64,000 nt of DNA, from the NCBI GenBank assembly GCA_037481835.1, contig JBBFKW010000004.1, positions 14,569-78,568 on the forward strand, given 5' to 3'. Within the stretch, counting starts at the first letter, position 1. Every line of letters starts with the position of its first letter. The position numbers and the translations under genes are program-made. This document shows positions 1-10,270 of the stretch, piece after piece. The notes beneath the pieces are model-generated. The model made no database searches and was not told where the DNA came from. It worked only from the letters and a program-made list of their open reading frames with translations. The stretch is from Desulfosoma sp. Lineage in GTDB: Bacteria > Desulfobacterota > Syntrophobacteria > Syntrophobacterales > DSM-9756.

Positions 1-264
1 CCCAAGGATTCCCACGCCGGAGAGGTGGAAACGTCCCTCATGCTCCATCTTCATCCCCACTGGGTTTGCGGGACCGCCGAGGAAGCCTATCCCACCTTTC
101 CCGAGCACATCCTCGTGCGGAACAAGAGGGCCTTTTGGCCCACGGGCGTCTGGGGAAACCCGCAGGCGGCATCCGCCGAAAAGGGCCGCCGGCTCATGGA
201 AGCTTCCATTTCCGCTCTCGTCACGCTGATCGAGCGGTTGAGTGCGTGGCGTGATCCCGAGTGA
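1..264 (+). CDS. Creatininase/creatinine amidohydrolase family protein, 3' part (truncated by window edge)
   Basis: Frame 1 reads PKDSHAGEVETSLML...GVWGNPQAASAEKG; HAGExETS and GvxGdP..AsaekG are creatininase-family motifs. Confidence 0.85.
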   Translation, partial: PKDSHAGEVETSLMLHLHPHWVCGTAEEAYPTFPEHILVRNKRAFWPTGVWGNPQAASAEKGRRLMEASISALVTLIERLSAWRDPE

Positions 265-288
265 CCGAACGCGAGGAAAACCTGACCA

Positions 289-2640
289 ATGCCCATGGGC
301 CGGAAAAGAGACAAGGCGAAGTCTAATTGTCCACGAGAAATTGGCGACGAAGGTGAGCTGTCTATGGAGGAAGGGCGACCTGACGCCGGCCGAAAGCCCG
401 CAGTCCCTGGCGGCTTTCCCTTCAAGGCTTCGCCTGCCGGAGCTCAAGGGGGGCTCGATGCCCCTCCTCCGCGAAAACTCCCGGAACTGCTGGCCCCGGC
501 CGGCCATTTGGAGGCGCTCTGGGCGGCGGTGGAAAGCGGGGCCGACGCCGTCTATGTGGGCCTCAAAAAGCTGAGCGCTCGCGCTCATGCCGCCAATTTT
601 ACCCTAGACGAGCTCGCCCGCCTTCTCCCCTTCACCCGAAGTCGGGGGGTGGCCCTGTACACGGCTCTGAACAGCGTGATCACGGCCTCCGAAGTCCCCT
701 CCGTGCTGGATGTGCTTCAGGCTCTGTCGGATCTCGCCGTAGACGCCGTGATTGTCCAGGATCCGGGGATCTTTCTCCTCTGTCGTCGATATTTTCCTTC
801 CCTTAAGGTGCATGCGAGCACCCTTGCGGCGGTGCACAATAGTGCGGGGGTGAACGTCCTGGAACGGCTCGGCGCCCGCCGCATCGTCCTCGCCCGGGAA
901 CTCACCCTTGAGGAAATCCGGGCCATCCGGAACCGGACCCAGGCGGAACTGGAAATTTTCGTGCACGGAGCCCTGTGCTATTCTTTTTCCGGGCTGTGTC
1001 TTGCCAGCAGCTTTCGAGGCGGCCACAGCGGCCTGCAGGGACGATGCGTCCAGCCATGCCGGCTTCGGTTTACCCAGGGCCGAAAGTCGGGTTACTTTTT
1101 TTCATGTAACGATCTCTGTGCGCTCGATCGCATCCCGACGCTGAAAAGACTCGGCCTGACGGCTTTTAAGATCGAAGGGCGCATGAAGGACGCCGAATAC
1201 ATCGCCACCGTCGTTCGAGCCTACCGCCATGTGATGGACGCCCCGGACAGCCGTGCCCGCGATGCGGTGGAGGAAGCCCGGGAATGGCTGACTGACGCCC
1301 CGGCGCGACGCCTTACCGACGGTTTTCTCGGCACTCATGCCCCGACCCATATTCTCAGTCCCCACCGCTCGGGATCCAGCGGCCTCTGGGTCGCTACGGT
1401 GAAATCGATCGGCCCGGACGGGCTTCGGGTCGATGTGCGCCACGCCGTCCGAACAGGGGATCGGCTGCGCCCCGAATCTTCGGAAGAAAAAGAATCCCCG
1501 GCGGTCATCGTCGAAGGAATCCTTGGGGAAAACGGCACCCTTGTCGAGGAATCCCCCCCTCAGGGCCCGGCGGTTCTCACCATCCGCGGGCGCATGGAAG
1601 CGCCGCCGGACGCCCGGCTTTTCCGCATCGGGAGAAAACCCCTTTCTCTCAGCAAACTCTGGCAGCAGATCACGGCAAAGAGCCCGGACGGGTCCTTCCC
1701 GGCCATGGCCCGTCCTTTTTCCGCAAATGCACAATATTCCCGTTTCCGGCATCCTGAGGCTCTTGATGAGGAGTTCTCGCACGGGGCGGCCAACGTGCGG
1801 CGCCTGAACCCTTCCCTGTGGATCAAGATCCGCTCATTGGCCGATCTGGGTCGCGCCATGGCATCGCCGGCCCAGAAGGTCTGGCTTACGGCCAGTCGGG
1901 AAAACCTGGAAAAAATGGCCAAAAGACGCCTGCACGACGCTCAAAAAGAGCGCTTCGGCTGGGCGCTCCCGCCGGTTCTTTTTGAAAGAGATGAAGATTA
2001 CTACCGCAAAGCCGTAGCGTGGTACATTTCCAAGGGCTATCGTTCCTGGGAAATCAACAACTGGGGCCATCTGGACTGGTTCTTTCCCGAGGCGCAAGCC
2101 TCTCTCACGGCCGGATCCCGCATGAACATCCGGAACAAAGCGGCCATGGCCGCCTTGGGCCGACTGGGATGCCGCTGGACGGTTCTCTCGTGGGAGATCA
2201 CCCGGGAAGAACTTCGAGAACTCATCATGGATCCCGTGCCTACGGTCCCGGTGGTTCCGGTATACGGTCGGCCGCCCCTTTTTCTTTCCCGGATTCATCC
2301 GCCCATTTTGGAAGATCGGCCCGTGAAGACACCGCGCGGAGAAACCTACATCTACCGAAAAGAAGGACCCTTGGCCGCCCTGTACGCCGACCGGCCGGTC
2401 AATTGGTTTGAAAAGATTCCGGATCTCCAGGCCATGGGATATCGCACTTTCCTTATGGACATGGGGGATGTCACACCCACCACGGAGCCTCGGGAATGGG
2501 AAAGGCTGCTCAGCGGGTACTTGCGCCAGCGCGCCGATGCACCCTATTCGCTCTTTAACTACGACAGGAAACCCATCCCCGAGGGCGCAAGGGCCGGCGA
2601 TCCGTCGCCAGATCCGCCGTCGGTGATGCGAAAATCGTGA
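289..2640 (+). CDS. Peptidase U32 family protein (RlhA/TrhP-like prephenate-dependent RNA hydroxylase)
   Basis: PELLAPAG, GADAVYVG, LARELTL, HGALCYSFSGLC...RCVQPCR, FKIEGR; start uncertain (ATG 364 possible). Confidence 0.85.
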   Translation: MPMGRKRDKAKSNCPREIGDEGELSMEEGRPDAGRKPAVPGGFPFKASPAGAQGGLDAPPPRKLPELLAPAGHLEALWAAVESGADAVYVGLKKLSARAHAANFTLDELARLLPFTRSRGVALYTALNSVITASEVPSVLDVLQALSDLAVDAVIVQDPGIFLLCRRYFPSLKVHASTLAAVHNSAGVNVLERLGARRIVLARELTLEEIRAIRNRTQAELEIFVHGALCYSFSGLCLASSFRGGHSGLQGRCVQPCRLRFTQGRKSGYFFSCNDLCALDRIPTLKRLGLTAFKIEGRMKDAEYIATVVRAYRHVMDAPDSRARDAVEEAREWLTDAPARRLTDGFLGTHAPTHILSPHRSGSSGLWVATVKSIGPDGLRVDVRHAVRTGDRLRPESSEEKESPAVIVEGILGENGTLVEESPPQGPAVLTIRGRMEAPPDARLFRIGRKPLSLSKLWQQITAKSPDGSFPAMARPFSANAQYSRFRHPEALDEEFSHGAANVRRLNPSLWIKIRSLADLGRAMASPAQKVWLTASRENLEKMAKRRLHDAQKERFGWALPPVLFERDEDYYRKAVAWYISKGYRSWEINNWGHLDWFFPEAQASLTAGSRMNIRNKAAMAALGRLGCRWTVLSWEITREELRELIMDPVPTVPVVPVYGRPPLFLSRIHPPILEDRPVKTPRGETYIYRKEGPLAALYADRPVNWFEKIPDLQAMGYRTFLMDMGDVTPTTEPREWERLLSGYLRQRADAPYSLFNYDRKPIPEGARAGDPSPDPPSVMRKS

Positions 2641-2648
2641 GGTGTTCC

Positions 2649-5600
2649 ATGCCGCCGTTTGTTCATTTGCATGTGCACAGCCAGTACAGCCTTCTCGATG
2701 GAGCCATCCGACTGGGGGAACTCATCCAAACGGCCAAGGACTTCGACATGCCCGCCGTGGCTATGACCGATCACGGCAACATGTACGGAGCGCTGGAATT
2801 TTACGAAAAGGCCAAGAAAGCCGGCATCAAACCCATCATCGGCTGCGAAATCTATCTGGCCCCTCGAGGACGCCATTCCCGAGGAACCACGGGCCACGCC
2901 AGCGGCGCATCAAACGGCAACGATGAAGACAGGCGTCAACACCTGGTGCTCCTGGCCCAGGATCTCACCGGCTATAAGAACCTCCTGAAGATCGTCACCA
3001 CCGCTTATCTCGAGGGTTTCTATTACAAACCTAGGGCCGACAAGGAACTGCTGCGTGCCTACCCCGAAGGCCTTATCGCCCTTTCCAGCTGCCTGAAAGG
3101 CGAGGTCGCCTCAGAGCTCCTCCACGGCCGCACTGAGGCGGCCGCCCGAGCCGCCTTGGAGTACCGAGAAATCTTCGGAAACGACCGATTCTTTCTTGAA
3201 ATTCAAGCCAACGGCATTCCCGAGCAGGCCCTGGTCAATGAAAAGATCATCGCCCTGGGAAAAGAACTGGACATTCCCCTGGTGGCCACCAACGATTGTC
3301 ATTACTTAAAGCGCAGCGATGCCCGAGCCCACGACATCCTGCTCTGTATCCAGACGGGAAAAACCATTCTGGAAGAAAAGCGCCTGAAGTTTCGAACGGA
3401 CCAGCTCTACTTCAAGTCCCCCGACGAAATGTGGCGCGAATTCGCCCATGTGCCGGAAGCCCTTGAAAACACGGTGCGTATCGCAGAAATGTGTTCCCTG
3501 GACATCCCCTTGGGGGACTATCATTTTCCTGTGTTTCCCGTGCCCGAAGGGGAGTCCCTTGAATCCCAGTTTCGCAAAAGCGCCCTGGAAGGCTTCGAAA
3601 AGAGGCTTCAGGAAATCCGCCACAACCGCCCTCGGCTTTCGGACCAGGACCTGGAAGAATACCGCCGGCGCCTTCACTACGAGATGGATGTCATCGTAGA
3701 AATGGGCTTTGCCGCCTATTTTCTCATCGTGGCGGATTTTATCGCCTACGCGAAAAACAAGGGAATTCCCGTGGGGCCCGGTCGAGGGTCCGCCGCCGGG
3801 AGTCTGGTGGCTTACGTCATGGGCATTACGGATTTGGATCCCATCGAGCACGGGCTGATTTTCGAGCGGTTCCTTAACAAAGAACGCATCAGCATGCCCG
3901 ATATCGACGTGGATTTTTGCGTCCAGGGGCGGGACGAGGTTTTCCGTTACGTTTCGGAAAAGTACGGCAAGGACCAGGTAGCCCAGATCGCCACCTTCGG
4001 CACTCTGCAGGCCAAGGCCGTGGTGCGCGATGTGGGCCGGGCCCTGGCCATGCCTTACAATGAAGTGGATAAGATCGCCAAACTCATCCCCGGGGCTCCG
4101 GACATGACCCTGAAGAAAGCCTTTGAGCTGGAGCCGCGTCTAGTGGAGCTGCAGCGGGAGGACCCACAAATCCGAGAGCTTTTCGAAATCGCCCAAGCCT
4201 TGGAAGGGCTCACCCGGCACGCCTCCACCCACGCCGCGGGCGTCGTCATCGGCGACAGGCCCCTGGTGGAATACATGCCCCTGTTCCGCGACCAAGACGG
4301 CAAGGTGGTCACCCAATTTTCCATGAAGTCCGTGGAAAAGGCCGGCCTGATCAAATTCGACTTCCTGGGCCTGAGAAACCTCACGGTGATCCACAACGCC
4401 GTGCAGCTCATCGAAAAAAATCACGGCGTGCGCTTGGACATGAGACGCCTTCCCCTGGACGATCCTGAAACCTACGCGCTCCTGTGCCGAGGCGACACCA
4501 CCGGGGTCTTCCAGCTGGAAAGTGCAGGCATGCGGGACCTTCTCCTGCGGCTGCAGCCGGAACGTTTCGACGACATCGTGGCCCTCATGGCGCTGTACCG
4601 GCCGGGTCCCATCAAGAGCGGCATGGTGGATCAATTCATCGACGGGAAACACGGGCGCATTCCCATCACTTACGATCTGGAGCTCTTGCGGCCCATCCTG
4701 GAACCCACTTACGGCGTCATCCTCTACCAAGAGCAGGTCATGGAAATCGCCCGGGTCTTGGCCAACTACACCCTGGGGGAGGCGGACATCTTGCGCCGGG
4801 CCATGGGCAAGAAAATACCGGAAGTCATGGCGGCCCAGCGGGAACGGTTCCTGGCCGGAGCCCAGAAAAACGGCATCGACCTCACCAAGGCCAACCACAT
4901 CTTCGACCTCATGGACAAGTTCGCCGGATACGGCTTCAACAAGTCCCACAGCGCCGCCTACGCGCTCATTTCCTACCAGACGGCTTACCTGAAAGCCCAT
5001 TACCCGGTGGAATACATGGCGGCCCTGCTCAACAGCTTCCTCAACAACACGGACCAGGTGGTCAAGCTCATCAACGAATGCCGGGAAAAGGGCATCGCGG
5101 TGCTCCCGCCCGATGTGAACGTCAGCGACCTGGATTTCACCGTCGTGGAAGGCAAGATTCGATTCGGGCTCGGTGCCGTGAAAAACGTCGGCGAAGGGGC
5201 CATCGAAACCATCCTGGCGGCTCGAGCCAAAGACGGTCCGTTCCGATCCATCTTCGATTTTTGCGAGCGCGTCGATCCTTCCAAAGTCAATCGCCGCGTG
5301 CTGGAACATCTCATCAAGTGCGGTGCGTTCGATTCCATCCATGCGGATCGGGCCAGGGTGCTGGCCGGCATGGACCAGGCTCTGGAAAGAGCCCAGGCCC
5401 GCCAGAGGGATCGCAGCGCGGGGCAACTGAGCCTGTTCGATCTGCTGCGCGCTACGCCTCAGAAAGCAAGGGAACCCGAAATTCTTCCCGATGTGCCGTC
5501 TTGGGACAGCCGCACCCTTCTCAACTACGAGAAGGAATCCCTCGGTTTTTACATTTCCGGCCATCCTTTGGATCACTATGAAAACCAGATCCGCGCCCTG

Positions 5601-6158
5601 TGCACGGCCGACACGCAGCGGGTCCGGGAACGGCAGGACGGGGCCAAGGTCATTCTGTGCGGATTGCTCACGATCACCAAGGAATTGGTGACGAAAAAAG
5701 GAGACCGCATGGCCTTTCTCAGTCTGGAAGACAGGGAAGGCACGCTGGAGGTGGTGTGTTTCCCCGAGGTCTACTTGAAAGCGCGGCCAATCCTGGACGG
5801 CGACGAGCCCCGAGTGGTCTTCGGCACCATCCAGCACGATGAAAAAGGGTCCAAGCTTTTGGCCGATCAGATCATGACGCTGGAAGACGCCGAGAGCCAA
5901 ACCGTGGAGAAGGTGCTCATCAAACTGTCCGCCCAGTCCCTGGATCGAGACGCGCTGGAAACCCTGCGTCACGTCCTGGTGGCTCATTCGGGAGACTGTA
6001 AAACCCTGCTGCACCTCAATGTGGACGGGCAGGCGACGGCCGTGATCGCCCTCAGTAGCAAGCTCCACGTCACCCCGTCCCACGGGTTCGTGGAAGCCAT
6101 GACGGCGCATTTCGGCCCTGATTGCCTCGATCTTGTGCGCAAAGCCTGCCATCAATAG
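2649..6158 (+). CDS. dnaE: DNA polymerase III subunit alpha
   Basis: PHP HLHVHSQYSLLDG, GPGRGSAAGS, MPDIDVDF, GFNKSH; no intein. Confidence 0.98.
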   Translation: MPPFVHLHVHSQYSLLDGAIRLGELIQTAKDFDMPAVAMTDHGNMYGALEFYEKAKKAGIKPIIGCEIYLAPRGRHSRGTTGHASGASNGNDEDRRQHLVLLAQDLTGYKNLLKIVTTAYLEGFYYKPRADKELLRAYPEGLIALSSCLKGEVASELLHGRTEAAARAALEYREIFGNDRFFLEIQANGIPEQALVNEKIIALGKELDIPLVATNDCHYLKRSDARAHDILLCIQTGKTILEEKRLKFRTDQLYFKSPDEMWREFAHVPEALENTVRIAEMCSLDIPLGDYHFPVFPVPEGESLESQFRKSALEGFEKRLQEIRHNRPRLSDQDLEEYRRRLHYEMDVIVEMGFAAYFLIVADFIAYAKNKGIPVGPGRGSAAGSLVAYVMGITDLDPIEHGLIFERFLNKERISMPDIDVDFCVQGRDEVFRYVSEKYGKDQVAQIATFGTLQAKAVVRDVGRALAMPYNEVDKIAKLIPGAPDMTLKKAFELEPRLVELQREDPQIRELFEIAQALEGLTRHASTHAAGVVIGDRPLVEYMPLFRDQDGKVVTQFSMKSVEKAGLIKFDFLGLRNLTVIHNAVQLIEKNHGVRLDMRRLPLDDPETYALLCRGDTTGVFQLESAGMRDLLLRLQPERFDDIVALMALYRPGPIKSGMVDQFIDGKHGRIPITYDLELLRPILEPTYGVILYQEQVMEIARVLANYTLGEADILRRAMGKKIPEVMAAQRERFLAGAQKNGIDLTKANHIFDLMDKFAGYGFNKSHSAAYALISYQTAYLKAHYPVEYMAALLNSFLNNTDQVVKLINECREKGIAVLPPDVNVSDLDFTVVEGKIRFGLGAVKNVGEGAIETILAARAKDGPFRSIFDFCERVDPSKVNRRVLEHLIKCGAFDSIHADRARVLAGMDQALERAQARQRDRSAGQLSLFDLLRATPQKAREPEILPDVPSWDSRTLLNYEKESLGFYISGHPLDHYENQIRALCTADTQRVRERQDGAKVILCGLLTITKELVTKKGDRMAFLSLEDREGTLEVVCFPEVYLKARPILDGDEPRVVFGTIQHDEKGSKLLADQIMTLEDAESQTVEKVLIKLSAQSLDRDALETLRHVLVAHSGDCKTLLHLNVDGQATAVIALSSKLHVTPSHGFVEAMTAHFGPDCLDLVRKACHQ

Positions 6159-6192
6159 GTGCAAAGGAGAAGAACTCTTTGGGAGGTGGCCC

Positions 6193-6534
6193 ATGATTGA
6201 CGATTACCGTTTCGGATCCATGGAAATCGCCGGGACGACCTACCAAGCGGACCTTAAGATCGTCAACGGGAAGGTCATCCCGCAGTGGTGGCGTAAGGAA
6301 GGCCATAAGGTGTATGTGGACGATATTTTGGATATTCTCGAGGCGCAGCCGTCGGTTTTGGTTGTCGGGCGCGGAAAACCGGGCCTCATGAAACCGTCCA
6401 ACGACGTGCGTCGCCTGTGCTTGGAAAAGGGCATCCAGCTCATCGAGGAGCCGACCGACGACGCCGTCAGAACATTTAACGAACTCGCCAAAGCGGGGAA
6501 AAAGGTGGCCGGTGCTTTTCACCTGACCTGTTGA
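6193..6534 (+). CDS. Mth938-like (DUF498/DUF598) protein
   Basis: IDDYRFGSMEI, LVVGRG, AFHLTC C-terminus; GGAGG RBS. Confidence 0.85.
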   Translation: MIDDYRFGSMEIAGTTYQADLKIVNGKVIPQWWRKEGHKVYVDDILDILEAQPSVLVVGRGKPGLMKPSNDVRRLCLEKGIQLIEEPTDDAVRTFNELAKAGKKVAGAFHLTC

Positions 6535-6546
6535 GGCGGCTCGAGC

Positions 6547-7029
6547 ATGGAAACCCTCATGCTTTTTGTGGAAACCACGGCCCAGGAGCAGCGCCGGGAT
6601 TTATGCCGGTGGGTGGAGCGCTTCGTGGACGAAGGTCGTCGCGTCTTCGTGTGGACGGGGTCCACGATCTCGGCCCAGCAGCTGAACGGGCTCCTGTGGA
6701 GCTTTTCCAAGCAAAGCTTTGTGCCGCACCGGATCGTCACCGACGCCGACGACGGCGAATCGGCACCGGAGCCGGTCCTGATCGGCTGGGTCCTCCCGGA
6801 GCGCGGCAGGGTCCAAGTCCTCGTGTGCGACGAAGCCCCCGACCTTGCAACCGTGCCGTCTTGTGAGATGATCGTTCATTTCGTCCCCATGGACGACCCG
6901 GTAAAGCGGGAAGAAAGCCGACGGCTCTGGACCACCGCCAAAGGCATGGGTTATGCGGTGCGCCATGTGCCGAAAGAGCCGGCCAAATCATCCGGCAACA
7001 CGATAACACGGAGGGTTCCATCTCCATGA
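6547..7029 (+). CDS. holC: DNA polymerase III chi subunit-like protein
   Basis: QLNGLLWSFSKQSFVPH resembles HolC LD.LLW.F...SFVPH; size and position after dnaE. Confidence 0.7.
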   Translation: METLMLFVETTAQEQRRDLCRWVERFVDEGRRVFVWTGSTISAQQLNGLLWSFSKQSFVPHRIVTDADDGESAPEPVLIGWVLPERGRVQVLVCDEAPDLATVPSCEMIVHFVPMDDPVKREESRRLWTTAKGMGYAVRHVPKEPAKSSGNTITRRVPSP

Positions 7030-7301
7030 GCCTTTTTGACTATCCGAAGAAGCTCTACTACGACTATGGGAGCCGTTTGGCGATTTTTCTGGTCAAACGG
7101 CGTCTTCGGAAAAAGGGATTGGATCCGGGCGCGTGGCTGGTCCTCGCCCGGCTTTATGAAGTGCGCCGAGAGTTTTCGACGGCCATATCGACTCTGGAAC
7201 AAGCGCTCCGGATCTATCCAGGAAACGCCGCCTTGGAGATTCATCTAAAGCGCATCAAGGCCCTGGCCGCAGGCCCTTCCGGTTCGGGGCGCAACGCCTG
7301 A
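7026..7301 (+). CDS. Small TPR-repeat protein
   Basis: AWLVLARLYEVRREFSTAISTLEQALRIYPGN TPR pattern; ATGA overlap with previous gene. Confidence 0.7.
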   Translation: MSLFDYPKKLYYDYGSRLAIFLVKRRLRKKGLDPGAWLVLARLYEVRREFSTAISTLEQALRIYPGNAALEIHLKRIKALAAGPSGSGRNA

Positions 7302-7310
7302 TGCCCGATC

Positions 7311-7715
7311 TCAGTAGGCCGGCACGGTCATGTAGCGCTCGTTGGTCATCTGGTTGCCCTGGTAGGTGCGCGTTCGCACGGTGGCCGTCTGTCCTTGGTA
7401 ACTGACGGGGTCGGCCTGGACCCATTCGTTGGTGCTGGGATTGTGGTAGGTGACCGTCTGCCGGCGCCGCCCGGCCTCTTCCGCCGCCCTTTGGGAGACT
7501 TCAGCAATGCCGTAGCCCGCCAGGGACCCGATAGCCCCGCCGATCACCGCGCCTCGCCAGGGGTTCTTGTTGTCAATGAGGGCGCCGACGCCCGCTCCCA
7601 CCACACCCAGCCACGTGGCGGATTCCAAATGCTGCTGGGTCGTGGGCCCCGGCACGCACGCCCCCACGGACATCGTCATCAAAACCACCGTCAGAACAAG
7701 GCTCATGCCTTTCAT
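7311..7715 (-). CDS. Glycine-zipper lipoprotein
   Basis: Signal peptide with lipobox VGAC; GVVGAGVGALI...GAVIGGAIGSLAG zipper; AGGAG RBS. Confidence 0.75.
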   Translation of the reverse strand: MKGMSLVLTVVLMTMSVGACVPGPTTQQHLESATWLGVVGAGVGALIDNKNPWRGAVIGGAIGSLAGYGIAEVSQRAAEEAGRRRQTVTYHNPSTNEWVQADPVSYQGQTATVRTRTYQGNQMTNERYMTVPAY

Positions 7716-7750
7716 CGCCCGTCTCCTTTTGAGAATCACTGTAGCCCGAT

Positions 7751-9769
7751 CTATTCTCTGTCTGCCACCGCATGGTCCAGGGGAAAATCGCTTTCCCTCT
7801 CGAACCGATCCTCCAAGGCCTCCAGCTCCAAAGCCGTCTGCTCCCAGAGCTCGGTCACGCCGGCGATTTCCCGGGCGCACTCCTGAAAGCGCCGCTGCAG
7901 CGCCGCCACATCGGTTCTTCCTTGGTATGTGGCGGGATCGGCTAAAAGGACGCTCAGCCGATCCCGTTCGTCATGGAGACGATCCAAGTCCTTTTCCAAG
8001 CCCGCCAGGCGGTCTTGGAGCGGCTTCTTCAAACGGTAGAGGGCGTTGCGCCGTTCGGCTTCCCATCTCTTGCGCTCTTTAGGGTCAGGCTTCGACCTGG
8101 AAGCATCTCGGAACTCCTCGGGCCCCTTACCCCCCGAATCCATGACGGCTTGTTCGCCGCCGCGGAAAGTGCCTTTCCACAGCCGCTCGTAATCGTCGGC
8201 GTTCCCCGGCAGCAGCTCCACCCGGCCTCCTCCGACCACCAGGATCTTATCGGCCAGGACATTGATGAAATGCCGGTCGTGGCTTACGAAACACACGGTG
8301 CCTGTGTACGCCGCCAGGGCTTCTTCCAGCATTTCCCGACCGGGAATGTCCAAATGGTTCGTCGGCTCGTCCAACAGCAAAACGTTGGGCGCCTGCACCA
8401 ACAGCTTGCACAGGCTCAGGCGGGCCTTTTCTCCGCCGCTGAGGACGCCGACTTTCTTTTCCACATCGTCACCCCTAAAGAGGAAGGCTCCCAGCAAAGT
8501 TCTTACCTGGGTGTGCGGCATGGCTCCGGAAACCGAGAGAAGTTCCCCGAGAACGGTGTTGTTCGAGTTGAGTTCCTCCCACAGGTGCTGGGCGTAGTAG
8601 CCGATTTTTACGTTATGGCCGCGCCGCACTTCGCCGCCCGTCACGGACTCTTTTCCGGCAAGGATTTTCAGGAGCGTGCTCTTGCCCGCCCCGTTGGGTC
8701 CGAGAAAGGCAATGCGGTCGCCGCGTTCCACCACCAGATCCACCCCGTCGTAGACCACCTGGGGTCCGTAAGCCTTGCGGATTCCCACCAGTTCCAAGAC
8801 ACGTCGCCCGCACCGGTCGGGGTCGGGAAACTGGAAGTGCACGGTCTCCTGATTCGCCGGACCTTCGATCCGCTCCATCTTCTCCAGCATCTTGAGGCGG
8901 CTTTGGACTTGGCGAGCCCGGTCTTTCCGCACCCGGTTGCGGGCGATGAACCTTTCCATATGGCGGATGCGCGCTTCTTGATTCTCCTTGGCCGCTTCCA
9001 AGACGCGGCGCCGGACGGCTTTTTCTTCCATGTAGCGATCGAAGTCGCCCTGGTAAATGTCCACACGGCCGTTTTCCAGCTCGAAAATCCGATGGACCAC
9101 GCGGTTTAAGAAGGATCGGTCGTGCGACACCACGAGAACCGCCGAACGTGTCTCCTGAAGGTAAGATTCCAACCAGAGGATGGATTCCAGATCCAAGTGG
9201 TTGGTAGGTTCGTCCAAGAGGAGGACATCGGGTTGAGCGAGAAGAAGCCGCGCCAGTTCAACCCGCATGGCCCATCCGCCACTTAAGGAAGCCAAAGGCG
9301 TGTGGAAATCTTTTTCACCGAAGCCGAGTCCCATAAGAATCTTACGGGCGCGGGCTTCCAAATCGTAGGGCCTGAGATGCTCCAGTCGATCCAGGAGCGC
9401 GGCATGGCGCCGGGCAAGAGCCTCGGCGGCATTCGCCGTTGGGGCCTCTTTGAGTGCCGTTTCCAGCTCTTCTATTTGGCGGCGCAACTCAAACACTTCG
9501 GCACATACCCCTTGGGTGTGTGCCAAAACGGTGGTTTCATCCGAAGGGCGCCACTGCTGGGGAAGGTAGCCCAAGGTAAGGTTTTTGGCGCGGCTCACGA
9601 GGCCGGCATCGGGCTCCAGGTCGCCGAGCACAATCCGAAACAACGTGGTCTTGCCGGCTCCATTGGGCCCGACGACCCCGATACGGTCGCCGGGATGGAT
9701 ATGAAAGGAGACACTTCGAAAAAGTTCTCTATTACCGAGAAACTTACTGACATTCTGAACGGCGATCAA
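7751..9769 (-). CDS. ABC-F family ATPase (Uup/YheS-like)
   Basis: Two NBDs (GPNGAGKT/S, LSGG, LLLDEPTNHLD), linker, C-terminal coiled coil, no TM segments. Confidence 0.92.
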   Translation of the reverse strand: MIAVQNVSKFLGNRELFRSVSFHIHPGDRIGVVGPNGAGKTTLFRIVLGDLEPDAGLVSRAKNLTLGYLPQQWRPSDETTVLAHTQGVCAEVFELRRQIEELETALKEAPTANAAEALARRHAALLDRLEHLRPYDLEARARKILMGLGFGEKDFHTPLASLSGGWAMRVELARLLLAQPDVLLLDEPTNHLDLESILWLESYLQETRSAVLVVSHDRSFLNRVVHRIFELENGRVDIYQGDFDRYMEEKAVRRRVLEAAKENQEARIRHMERFIARNRVRKDRARQVQSRLKMLEKMERIEGPANQETVHFQFPDPDRCGRRVLELVGIRKAYGPQVVYDGVDLVVERGDRIAFLGPNGAGKSTLLKILAGKESVTGGEVRRGHNVKIGYYAQHLWEELNSNNTVLGELLSVSGAMPHTQVRTLLGAFLFRGDDVEKKVGVLSGGEKARLSLCKLLVQAPNVLLLDEPTNHLDIPGREMLEEALAAYTGTVCFVSHDRHFINVLADKILVVGGGRVELLPGNADDYERLWKGTFRGGEQAVMDSGGKGPEEFRDASRSKPDPKERKRWEAERRNALYRLKKPLQDRLAGLEKDLDRLHDERDRLSVLLADPATYQGRTDVAALQRRFQECAREIAGVTELWEQTALELEALEDRFERESDFPLDHAVADRE

Positions 9770-9780
9770 TCACGGCCACC

Positions 9781-10200
9781 TCAATAGACCCATTTGCCGT
9801 TGGCGAACCGAAAGACTTCCGTCACGGCGCGCGTCCCGCAGGCGAAAGGTCCCTTGGCCGCTTCATTGCGGCTCTTTCCTTCGCTCTCGCACACTTTTTC
9901 TTCATAACTCAAAATCCCCACAAAAGGGCAGCCCTTGTTATCCGTCTTCTTCACGCGGGCTTCCTTAAACTCTCCCAATTCCGAATATCGTGCCACAACT
10001 TTCTTCTGGCCTTTGATCTCTTCGAAGGAAATGTTTTCCGGACCGTAGTTTCCGTGTTGGGTGAGTTTTTTCATCCATTCGGCCCGAAAGCTTTCAAAGA
10101 GCTGGCAGGCTTCTTTCTCGTCGGTCGCCCGGGCGTCCCAAGAGACGAGGAAACTGAAACCGAGGACGAGCAGTATGGCGAAGGCGGCTTTTTTCCCCAT
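9781..10200 (-). CDS. Exported hypothetical protein
   Basis: Signal peptide MGKKAAFAILLVLGF...ARA, four Cys, aromatic C-terminus. Confidence 0.7.
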   Translation of the reverse strand: MGKKAAFAILLVLGFSFLVSWDARATDEKEACQLFESFRAEWMKKLTQHGNYGPENISFEEIKGQKKVVARYSELGEFKEARVKKTDNKGCPFVGILSYEEKVCESEGKSRNEAAKGPFACGTRAVTEVFRFANGKWVY

Positions 10201-10214
10201 GGTCGTATGCTCCC

Positions 10215-10250
10215 AAAAAAGAGGCCGGGCACACCGTGATGCCCAGCCTC
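10215..10250 (-). terminator. Intrinsic terminator after the OmpA gene
   Basis: GAGGCTGGGCA...TGCCCGGCCTC stem followed by T6 on minus strand. Confidence 0.75.
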
Positions 10251-10270
10251 CAACAGGTCATCCTATATGA

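Noticed and set aside
2649..6158. Intein in dnaE
   Set aside because: Normal length and contiguous motifs
4140..6194. 684-aa minus-strand ORF, and similar long ORFs at 41529-43469, 44050-45573 and 24431-26110
   Set aside because: Antisense shadows of dnaE, rnj, ftsK and qmoB in GC-rich DNA
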